This document shows, piece by piece, positions 39,112 through 47,400 of a DNA stretch of 64,000 nucleotides; the first letter of the stretch is position 1; each line of letters starts with the position of its first letter. Under the pieces are notes generated by a model. That model was not told where the DNA came from and searched no databases. It saw nothing but the letters and a program-made list of their open reading frames with translations. The DNA comes from Pseudomonadota bacterium (GTDB lineage: Bacteria; Bdellovibrionota_B; Oligoflexia; Silvanigrellales; Silvanigrellaceae). A program made the position numbers and the translations under genes. The DNA lies in NCBI GenBank assembly GCA_039799905.1, contig JBDLRP010000020.1, positions 12,200-76,199 on the forward strand. The letters run 5' to 3'.

Positions 39112-39419
39112 ATCCGACGCTGACTCCCATGAAACTTGTCTCCATGACATGCGAGCATTCTGTTGCCCAGCGGGCGCTCGCCCTTCTGCACAAGCTCGGC
39201 GTCAAGAGTGTCAGAACAAGCTCCATCCGGCTTGAAGAATTCAACCACGGTGCGAGCGTCGACCTGCATGAATCGCAGGTCAAACTTGAATTTTTAATCT
39301 ATCCTGAAAAGGTCGAAGGGCTGATTGCCGAACTTTCCAAACAATTTTTGTCAAGATTTGATGTCGGTTTTTATGTCACCGACGCAGCCGTTTTGCGGCC
39401 GGAAATCTTCTGCGGATGA
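39108..39419 (+). CDS. sbtB: PII-like SbtB partner (degenerate)
   Basis: ATGA overlap with sbtA; MKLVSMTCE...VKLEF...YVTDAAVLRP PII-like pattern. Confidence 0.75.
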   Translation: MNPTLTPMKLVSMTCEHSVAQRALALLHKLGVKSVRTSSIRLEEFNHGASVDLHESQVKLEFLIYPEKVEGLIAELSKQFLSRFDVGFYVTDAAVLRPEIFCG

Positions 39420-39499
39420 TATTCCGGTGAAACTATGGGATGCTGGCGGACAAACAAGTCCATCCACCGGCATAAAGACTTCTTCACGGGGTGCATCCC

Positions 39500-40195
39500 A
39501 TGATTCGCAAAACTGTCATCATCACAAGCATGACGGCTTTTCTAATGTCCGGCTGCAACCTTTGGAAACAAACCGACGCGCAAGCGCAGATCGCCGCCAG
39601 TTCCGCATTCGACTGGGGACAGTACATCATGAGCGTCATACCGGTGAATATTTCGCCGGAAGCATCGGCGGATGCCGATCCGCACATCTGCGTGTACGAG
39701 GTCAACTGGGATCACAGCTGGACCGACAATCCGAAAATGTGGCACGCCATCTACGCCCGCCACATCAATGCGCTGTCGTTCGATAATTCATACGTCAAAA
39801 ACCAAGCTGAAAAAGGATCTGGATTCCCCCAATTGCTGAAGTCCGTCATCACCTACTTTCACGTCGCCTGCGGGGCCAGCGGGCTCAATCAACTGTGCGC
39901 AAAACCTGGCAAAAACGAAAACGGGATGATCAGCGAGGTCAGCGAGCTTCTCGACGAGGCCTACGAGAAAGAAAGAAACAAACGCAAAGCCAAATTAGCG
40001 CTCGCCACCGACGCAGCAGACATTCAGGTGCAAAGATCGGCAGACTACCTTTTGCTGATCAACAGAATTAAACAACTCCCCGCCAATACAAAAACCGGAA
40101 AATCATGTCTCGAACATCCGTTCAGTGCTGAAAAAGAGATTGCTCGCATGCGCGAGATCAGCCGACATTTCAGGCCACGCACAAAACCAAAATGA
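39500..40195 (+). CDS. Hypothetical lipoprotein
   Basis: LMSGC lipobox; ATGA overlap with the next gene. Confidence 0.7.
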   Translation: MIRKTVIITSMTAFLMSGCNLWKQTDAQAQIAASSAFDWGQYIMSVIPVNISPEASADADPHICVYEVNWDHSWTDNPKMWHAIYARHINALSFDNSYVKNQAEKGSGFPQLLKSVITYFHVACGASGLNQLCAKPGKNENGMISEVSELLDEAYEKERNKRKAKLALATDAADIQVQRSADYLLLINRIKQLPANTKTGKSCLEHPFSAEKEIARMREISRHFRPRTKPK

Positions 40196-42084
40196 ATTTT
40201 TCGCAACGCGCGAGTATTTTCTTTTCAAGGAGAATGTGGATGTCTCTCACACACGCCATACACATGACAATTTTTCTATCTCTGCTGCAGATCACCTCGG
40301 GATGCCAAAAGCGCAAGTACAACAGTGGAATCAAAGAGGCGATGGGAGACTTCAACTCACCCGAGAGCCTAGGACTCTCGAACGATGCGATGAACTGGCA
40401 ACAAATCAAATCCCAGACAAAAGGCGAGCGCGCGCAGGCATGGTCCGACACATGGTGGCCGCATACTGCCAAGGGAATCGCCGACAGATACATTCTCCGC
40501 AAAGCAAAGAAGAACAGTGAAAATCTAAACGGCAGAAATATTTTACTTGGCAACTTCGTTGAACAGTACCGCCGCACAGTTGAGAAAAACGATGCAAAAG
40601 AAATGGCTTTGCTTTCTCCAGCTGAAAAATATGATTACCTGACCACTGCAAAGCCCCTGCCAGCTGACTTGAGCAAAAAGCTATCGGCTCATGCACAGAA
40701 ATACACAGCATCAAATGCTGAGAAAGTGCTTCTCAGTCTTGAAGACAAACTCGAACGCCTTGGCGAGTACGACGACACCTACAAAGCCCTCAATCAGGAG
40801 TATGCGAAAGAGGCGAATGCCAACGCCGCAAATTTCAGGCCACTGCTGAGCGAAGGAACCGAGATCAACACCTCACTGAAGACCTATATGCCGGTGACCG
40901 CACACGACTGGGGTTTGTGGCTCGATACTTTTTCTTGGGCACACGACGAAGAATGGGCATGGATGGGAATTTGTAATGGCTGGTCGCCGGCGGCGCTGCG
41001 CGAGGAAAAACCACGTCATGCGGTCATGGTTACCCGCGGCAAGCGCAAAGTCCTGCTGACCGAGGGAGACATCCGCGGGCTGCTCAGCTGGGTGTGGGGC
41101 TGGCAATTTCCGAGCCAGACACTTGGTGCCGGAATCCGCTGCGATGCGAATCAGTCAAAGACCATCGTCAAGGACAAGCGGATCATCGACGGCCGACTCT
41201 GCGAGGGCAATGGCTCACGCGTCGGCCGATGCGTCGCGGCAAACACTATCTACATAGGTGCGGACAACCCCTTCGCGAGCATTCCCAATCGGGTTGTGCG
41301 TTTCGGCTTTGATCCCGCAAACAGAGACACGCACGAGGCAGTCCTCAAAGCGCAACTCGGCAATGCCTATTATGAAGCAGAGGTCAAAGATCTCAGTAGT
41401 GGCCAGAAAAAGAAGCTGCTCATTCAGCTAACGCAGGCCTGCCGTGACATGAACGCTGGATTGTTTCATGCGGCGCTTGTTGATCTGGTGGCCCGCCGCA
41501 AGACAGGATTCGTCGTCGATGCGGACCGCTACACACAAGTCTGGAATCAACCTGTCTATGCCTACGAAATGACTTATCTGCCCATCCTCAGGCGCGACGG
41601 CTCCACTGCAGCCGCCGGTGAACCAGTCGCAGTCGGCGAAATCAAAAATGACCCCTACTCAGCGTTCCGCTCGGCTCAGGCCAGCAAGATAGTGCAGGTC
41701 CGCACAAAGGTAATTTATGCTGCCGAAAACGGCCCGTTCGTCACATACGGCAACGACGGTAAAAAAGAGATTCATGAAGAGATGCTCGTCGATTACACGA
41801 TAGAAATCGATCAAAACGGAAAAATCGTCGGCGGCGAGTGGGGACTTCTGCCCGACACTCCGTTGGTCAGGCCACTGCGCGCGAGCAATGCCAGCGCACC
41901 CGTGGCGCCGGACTTCATCTGGAATTACCCCGACGAATCAACACCAACTGACGGACTGATCAATTACAAAACGCTAAAGCAGATTCATGATTGCTCAATC
42001 CGTAAACCAGCAACTGGCCGATTTGATCTGTCGCCCTACGTGAGCGAGCCGATACCATACGCAGAATGTGTGTTGACGGAATAA
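40192..42084 (+). CDS. Transglutaminase-elicitor (GP42-like) family lipoprotein
   Basis: WSDTWWP, LSPAEKYD, WMGICNGW, DMNAGLFH, QVWNQPVY, GKIVGGEW, PDFIW; ITSGC lipobox. Confidence 0.8.
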   Translation: MNFSQRASIFFSRRMWMSLTHAIHMTIFLSLLQITSGCQKRKYNSGIKEAMGDFNSPESLGLSNDAMNWQQIKSQTKGERAQAWSDTWWPHTAKGIADRYILRKAKKNSENLNGRNILLGNFVEQYRRTVEKNDAKEMALLSPAEKYDYLTTAKPLPADLSKKLSAHAQKYTASNAEKVLLSLEDKLERLGEYDDTYKALNQEYAKEANANAANFRPLLSEGTEINTSLKTYMPVTAHDWGLWLDTFSWAHDEEWAWMGICNGWSPAALREEKPRHAVMVTRGKRKVLLTEGDIRGLLSWVWGWQFPSQTLGAGIRCDANQSKTIVKDKRIIDGRLCEGNGSRVGRCVAANTIYIGADNPFASIPNRVVRFGFDPANRDTHEAVLKAQLGNAYYEAEVKDLSSGQKKKLLIQLTQACRDMNAGLFHAALVDLVARRKTGFVVDADRYTQVWNQPVYAYEMTYLPILRRDGSTAAAGEPVAVGEIKNDPYSAFRSAQASKIVQVRTKVIYAAENGPFVTYGNDGKKEIHEEMLVDYTIEIDQNGKIVGGEWGLLPDTPLVRPLRASNASAPVAPDFIWNYPDESTPTDGLINYKTLKQIHDCSIRKPATGRFDLSPYVSEPIPYAECVLTE

Positions 42085-42155
42085 TGCCTTCTGCTCGCAG
42101 TTTTCATGACGCAACGCCTGCTCACGGAAGCTTCGCACAAAATCGTGCGGGAAAA

Positions 42156-43049
42156 TTATTTCCCGCTAATCTCGACTTTCTTTCCGGCTTCTATCTTGGT
42201 GCTTGGCAGATCAACAACCCTGGTGTCTCGGGTGATATTTACAACCTGATACTCTCCTGCACGCAGTGCGGCTATGACTGCCAAGCCCTGCTTTGAGACG
42301 ATCTGCGACTTGTAACCCTGCCCCGTGCACGCATCGGCTGTCGGTTCCGGCCTTGCCACACCTGAAAAAACACAGACAAGTGAATCTGCCTCGAGATCCC
42401 TGAATGCGACTGACCCGGCGTCATCAACGGGCAGGAACGAGTGCTTTTGCTGTATTACGAAAGTGACATCCTGTGGAAGGTTCAGAGCCAAACGCTGCTC
42501 ACTGGTGACAGGTTTGAGAGTTTTTCTGAGTTCGATATCCACCAAGATGTCTTTGGCTGAGCCCGACTTGCTCAATCCGTCGAAAACGAGGGAGCGTGTG
42601 AGTTCTCCCTTGTCATTCAAAACAACCGCTTTGACGGGCTGAGATTGCGAGCCGAGCAACAGCTGCAAATATGCAGCCTTCTCATTCAGAGTGACTTCAA
42701 CCCTCTGCACCTGCAAATTTTCATCGACCACGTCATCGAGCGTGAAGGCGACAAAGGTGTCTTCGTACGAGGGGTTACTGGAACTGAGCAAAATCACATT
42801 TTGTTGCTGATAAGACTTTTCAAAGGTTTTGCTGCCCTGAACAACGCTGACTGAATCAATCGCGGCGGAAACCGCGCCCACGTTAGTGTATGATGTCGGC
42901 GAGACGTAGATGCGAAACGGTTTGCCCCCCTTGGAATCGGGATTTCCTGCTTCAACCCCACACCCCCCGACTGTCATGACAGCCAGAGCAAGAGCGAATG
43001 GACGCAGGGGTTCTGTCCAAAACCAGGTCTTCGTCATCGTATTCCTCAT
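42156..43049 (-). CDS. Hypothetical lipoprotein
   Basis: VGGC-GVEAGNP N-terminus; ATGA overlap with the upstream regulator-like gene. Confidence 0.72.
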   Translation of the reverse strand: MRNTMTKTWFWTEPLRPFALALAVMTVGGCGVEAGNPDSKGGKPFRIYVSPTSYTNVGAVSAAIDSVSVVQGSKTFEKSYQQQNVILLSSSNPSYEDTFVAFTLDDVVDENLQVQRVEVTLNEKAAYLQLLLGSQSQPVKAVVLNDKGELTRSLVFDGLSKSGSAKDILVDIELRKTLKPVTSEQRLALNLPQDVTFVIQQKHSFLPVDDAGSVAFRDLEADSLVCVFSGVARPEPTADACTGQGYKSQIVSKQGLAVIAALRAGEYQVVNITRDTRVVDLPSTKIEAGKKVEISGK

Positions 43050-43903
43050 TTGCTCAACGGAAAAAGTTGGATGTTGACTTGCATAACCTTGCCATCTCCC
43101 TCGGCTTGCGACGACAAAGACAGCAGATGTTTCCTGAGTTGCTCAATTTCCTTTTTTATTGACTCAATCTGGTCGGGGTTTACGGAAATTGTCACCGACG
43201 AGACATCCCGCTCCGCGGGCGGACTCGTAATGAGTGAATCTTTGGCGAGATTCAACATTTCTTGGTGATAACGCACAATCGCAAGTCCCGGAACCGCACT
43301 GCCCAGACTGAAATCCTTCTTAACCTTAATGTATTTTATCTCTTCGGAACCGTCCTCTTTGCGTGCCTCAACAAGTCCGAGACTCTCAAGAAAAACGAGA
43401 CTTTTTTCGACTGCTGATTCCTTCACATCCGGCATAATCGTCCGGTAAACCTGCGCGAATGTCTGAGGTTCGAGCATGGACAGCACCTCAAACACGACAG
43501 CATGGACCCATGAATTGAAGAATTCGAGTGCTCTGTTGTTGTTGCTGGATTCGCTGTGGCGCGCGCGGAGCTCAAGAAGAAGTGCAAGCAGACGATCGCG
43601 TTCCTCGCTCGTATCCGCATGCTGAATTTTTACCAGTGAAAGGAAATAGGTTTTTTCAACACGCGAAAACTTCAGCATTTCGGCAATTCTCTCACCCGCC
43701 TTTTCCGACATCTTGCGATGGCCGGAGTGCACCTGAGCCATTGTGTTGTTGTTGCCGAAGCCCAAGAGTTCTGAAAAATCTGCGATGGAAAAAGATTTCT
43801 GAACAAGACGAATCTCGTCGTAAACAGCCTTGCAGTAGCGTCCGACGTCCGAATACTCGAACAGTTCCACCTTTTTTCGAATTTTTGGAAGAACGATGTC
43901 CAT
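43046..43903 (-). CDS. TIGR02147/DUF4423 family protein (HTH-containing putative regulator)
   Basis: LFEYSD..Y, FSIADFSELLGF, YFLSLV, WVHAVV.E, YHQEML.LA, ERDVSSVT, QVNIQLFPLSK. Confidence 0.85.
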   Translation of the reverse strand: MDIVLPKIRKKVELFEYSDVGRYCKAVYDEIRLVQKSFSIADFSELLGFGNNNTMAQVHSGHRKMSEKAGERIAEMLKFSRVEKTYFLSLVKIQHADTSEERDRLLALLLELRARHSESSNNNRALEFFNSWVHAVVFEVLSMLEPQTFAQVYRTIMPDVKESAVEKSLVFLESLGLVEARKEDGSEEIKYIKVKKDFSLGSAVPGLAIVRYHQEMLNLAKDSLITSPPAERDVSSVTISVNPDQIESIKKEIEQLRKHLLSLSSQAEGDGKVMQVNIQLFPLSK

Positions 43904-44167
43904 TGAGTGCCTCTTGGGTATCTTATCGCAACTTTACTGTAATACTTTAGATAATAAAATCTGAAAAGATCCAGATAATTGCAAAACAGCAATAACTCGA
44001 CAGCATATTTTTTTTGTAATTTTCATCAAATAAAGCTGAGAGTTACAAATTTTATTCTCATAAAAACACTATCCGATTAAAATAACACAAAAAAACTCTA
44101 AAGTTTGTTACAAAATTTACGATAAGAATCATGGCAGCAGTTGCCAACCCACAGAAAGGACCCCGCA

Positions 44168-45193
44168 ATGAAGATTCGCATGATTGCCCTTCTTCCTTTG
44201 TCACTCGCCCTCGTTCAGCCCTTTTTGACAGCGTGCGGTACTGCAACGAACCAACCAATTATCGAGAAAAAAACAGTGTCATCGGGTGACACCGTGAGCA
44301 AGGTAACAATTGTTCAGAAGCTGCAGGCAGAAAGTCGCTTTTCGATTCTTGTCGCTGCCGTTAAAGCCGCCGGCCTTGTGGAGGTACTCTCCGGAAGCTC
44401 GCAGTTTACAGTGTTTGCACCGTCCAACAAAGCCTTTGAAGCCCTTCCGGCAGGCACGCTCGAAACACTTCTCAAGCCTGAAAACAAGGAACAACTTAAG
44501 AGCATCTTGCTTTATCATGTTGCTGCAGGAAGCTTGAAGGCTGCTGATGTCTTGGCAAAAGACAGCATCGGTACAGCACAGGGTAAACCAGTTTCAGTGG
44601 ATGCCACTAACGCAAAAATCAACTCGTCGAACATCGTCAAGACCGACATTCTGGCCAGCAATGGCGTGATTCACGAGATTGATGCAGTTCTTCTACCTCC
44701 GGCTGAAGAACCAAAAGAGGAAGCTTCCAAAGATGCGCTTCCAGCAGGCAAGTCGCTGACGGCTGTGCTGGCTGCAGAACCACGCTTCTCGACTCTCGTC
44801 GCTGCTGTCACGGCGGCAGGTTTGGCTGAGACACTTTCCGGCTCCTCGAACTTCACAGTGTTTGCTCCGTCAAACAAAGCTTTCGAGGCGCTTCCAGCGG
44901 GCACCGTTGAGTCTTTGTTGAAGCCCGAGAACAAGGAAAAGCTCAAGAGCATCCTGCTGTATCATGTGGCTGCGGGAAGCTTGAAGGCAGCTGATGTTCT
45001 TGCAAAGAGCAGCATTCCGACCGTGCAGGGTATGCCAATCTCGATTAACGCAGCGGGTTTGAAAATCAACGCCTCAGGTATCGTTAAAACCGACATTTTG
45101 GCGAGCAATGGTGTGATTCACGAGATTGATGCAGTTCTTTTGCCCCCCGCTGACGCAGCAAAGCAAATGGCATCTGCCCCACATTGCAAGTGA
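44168..45193 (+). CDS. Lipoprotein with two fasciclin (FAS1) domains
   Basis: FTVFAPSNKAF, ILLYHV and ASNGVIHEIDAVLLP each occur twice; LTAC lipobox. Confidence 0.95.
   Translation: MKIRMIALLPLSLALVQPFLTACGTATNQPIIEKKTVSSGDTVSKVTIVQKLQAESRFSILVAAVKAAGLVEVLSGSSQFTVFAPSNKAFEALPAGTLETLLKPENKEQLKSILLYHVAAGSLKAADVLAKDSIGTAQGKPVSVDATNAKINSSNIVKTDILASNGVIHEIDAVLLPPAEEPKEEASKDALPAGKSLTAVLAAEPRFSTLVAAVTAAGLAETLSGSSNFTVFAPSNKAFEALPAGTVESLLKPENKEKLKSILLYHVAAGSLKAADVLAKSSIPTVQGMPISINAAGLKINASGIVKTDILASNGVIHEIDAVLLPPADAAKQMASAPHCK
44300..45150 (+). repeat. Internal tandem duplication encoding two similar FAS1 domains (approximate bounds)
   Basis: Shared DNA such as AATGG(C/T)GTGATTCACGAGATTGATGCAGTTCTT and GGAAGCTTGAAGGC in both halves. 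Confidence 0.8.
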
Positions 45194-45217
45194 TTGCTGC
45201 GGAGCGATTTGAGGTGG

Positions 45218-46477
45218 TCAGTTCAGGGTCGCTGCTCTGACCGCATCGAGATTGGGATCTATTTCGCACACCAACTGAGATGTACTCTGCGGATGCGAAA
45301 AGATCACTTCAGAATCCTTCAGCACATTGCCTGTTAGCACAGCGACCACACTCTCGCGCGCGCAGATGACCCCCTGCGCGCGCAGTGTTTTAATGCCGGC
45401 CAGAGTGCATGCACTCGCTGGCTCGCACCCCAGACCGCTGCGATCAATCTGCTGCTTGGCAGCGAGAATTTCTTCATCACTCACCTGCATGACCAAACCG
45501 TTTGTTTGCTCGATGACGCGCACTGCTTTGAGATAGTTGACAGGATTTCCAATGCGGATGGCGGTTGCTATGGTTTCGGCCCTGACGCTCTCAAAAGTTC
45601 TGAACTGTTTTTGAAAACTGAGAACGAATGGATTCGCTCCTGCAGCCTGCACCGACACAATGCGCGGAAGTTTGTCTATCCATCCCCACGCGAGTGCTTC
45701 TTGAAGCGCCTTTCCAAACGCCGATGTGTTGCCAAGGTTTCCTGCCGGAACAACAATCCAGTTGGGCACATTCCATTGCCGCTGCGCGAGCATTTCCCAA
45801 ATAATCGTTTTCTGACCTTCGAGTCGGTATGGGTTGAGCGAGTTGACCAAGTAAAATCCGAGCTCGTGCGCAGATTGCTCGACGAGGTTCATAGCGGCAT
45901 CAAAATCGCCGCGGACAGCAAGACACTGCGCTCCGTAGGCGATGGCCTGGGAGAGTTTGCCCATGGCAATTTTTCCAGCGGGAAGAAAGACAACTGAAGG
46001 AATACCAGCCTGTGCGGCGTAAGCTGCGAGTGCAGCACTCGTGTTGCCCGTCGAGGCGCAGGCAATGGTCTTGGCAGAACGGGCTTTTGCAACCGACACA
46101 GCCACCGTCATGCCGCGATCTTTGAATGAGCCGGTCGGATTTTCACCTTCGTGCTTGAAAGACAAATCATCTACACCAGACCATTGGCTGAGTGACTCAC
46201 GACGATAAATTCGCGTGTGTCCTTCCGGATGAGTCACGACGAAATCAGCCGGCAAAGGCAAGACAGCCTCATGAAAGCGCCACACTCCGCTGGCATGCAT
46301 TCCGGCGCTTTCGCTGCTGCGCGCCGTCATTGCATCGCGATCAGCTTTATTGAAAACACGCCCGTGCCTCACCTCCAGCAATCCGCGCTGAGGACATGTG
46401 CAACGGTAATCATTCACATCCCACGGATACTTTGCGGAACATACAACGCACTCAAGTGAAATCGGCATTTGCTTCAT
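45218..46477 (-). CDS. thrC: Threonine synthase
   Basis: NPTGSFKDRG PLP-lysine motif, CASTGNTS, GNLGN, EPASA; N-terminal Cys ribbon. Confidence 0.95.
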   Translation of the reverse strand: MKQMPISLECVVCSAKYPWDVNDYRCTCPQRGLLEVRHGRVFNKADRDAMTARSSESAGMHASGVWRFHEAVLPLPADFVVTHPEGHTRIYRRESLSQWSGVDDLSFKHEGENPTGSFKDRGMTVAVSVAKARSAKTIACASTGNTSAALAAYAAQAGIPSVVFLPAGKIAMGKLSQAIAYGAQCLAVRGDFDAAMNLVEQSAHELGFYLVNSLNPYRLEGQKTIIWEMLAQRQWNVPNWIVVPAGNLGNTSAFGKALQEALAWGWIDKLPRIVSVQAAGANPFVLSFQKQFRTFESVRAETIATAIRIGNPVNYLKAVRVIEQTNGLVMQVSDEEILAAKQQIDRSGLGCEPASACTLAGIKTLRAQGVICARESVVAVLTGNVLKDSEVIFSHPQSTSQLVCEIDPNLDAVRAATLN

Positions 46478-47397
46478 AACAGACGCGCTCCGCTTTGGGA
46501 GATTTTTGTGACGACACCCTCGGCGTTCAAGGGTGCAAAGGCTTTCACCATCGCCGGCAACGCGCGTTGCGCATTATCAGCAGAGTCAAAGATTGCAAAA
46601 ATGGTTGGTCCGGCTCCACTGATGGAGGCACCGAGAGCACCGGAGTCGAGGGCTGCCTGTTTGACGCTGGCAAAGTTGGGTATCAGGTGTGAACGCGCGG
46701 GTTCAGCGAATGTGTCGTGAAGCGAGTCTTTGATGAGTTGTGAATTTCCGCAAGAGAGGCCAACGGCCAAACCAATGCTGAAGGCCATCTGTTGCGTCCA
46801 CTGTGCAGTGTTGAGGGAAGTCGGCAAAACGCCGCGCGCCTGTTTGGTGCTCAATTGCAACTGCGGCGTGACAACCACAATGTGGAAATTTCCCTGAACC
46901 GGAATTTTCTGCACAAGCGGGGGGTCGAGCCGCTGAACAAGAGTCACACCACCAAAGTAACACGGAGCGATGTTGTCGAGATGCCGGCCAGCCACCATGG
47001 ATTCGCCGGCGAGCGCCGCAGAAAGAATCTCCTGATCTGTGAATGGTTGGCCACATGCGTGCGCAGCCGCCAACGCTCCACCCACGGCTGCAGCTGCGCT
47101 CGACCCCAAACCGCCGGAGACAGGCAGCCGGCGCGACACAGTCACCTGCACCCCAAAATCTTGTGTGCCTTCTTTTTCCATCAGGTAGGCCAACGCCGAA
47201 CGGACGATCACATTGCGGTCGGGATCGGTCGGAATCAGTTCGGCATCACGGCCTATCACAGAAAGAATCTGCGACGGTCCCTTCACAATCTGCAGAGCAA
47301 TTTCATCACCGAACGAATCGAGCGCCATGCCGAGAACATCAAACCCCGGACCGATGTTGCCGATCGTTGCCGGAACAAAAACTTTCACCGCGTTCAT
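46474..47397 (-). CDS. thrB: Homoserine kinase
   Basis: PATIGNIGPGFDVLG, PVSGGLGSSAA, HLDN, ISGAGPT. Confidence 0.96.
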   Translation of the reverse strand: MNAVKVFVPATIGNIGPGFDVLGMALDSFGDEIALQIVKGPSQILSVIGRDAELIPTDPDRNVIVRSALAYLMEKEGTQDFGVQVTVSRRLPVSGGLGSSAAAAVGGALAAAHACGQPFTDQEILSAALAGESMVAGRHLDNIAPCYFGGVTLVQRLDPPLVQKIPVQGNFHIVVVTPQLQLSTKQARGVLPTSLNTAQWTQQMAFSIGLAVGLSCGNSQLIKDSLHDTFAEPARSHLIPNFASVKQAALDSGALGASISGAGPTIFAIFDSADNAQRALPAMVKAFAPLNAEGVVTKISQSGARLL

Positions 47398-47400
47398 CTT

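Noticed and set aside
39411..39450. Selenocysteine or readthrough at the SbtB Cys-Gly-TGA end
   Set aside because: The downstream frame does not restore a CGPxGC motif and no convincing SECIS was seen.
44132..44145. TGGCAGCAGTTGCC as a sigma54 promoter
   Set aside because: GG-to-GC spacing is 8, not the required 10.
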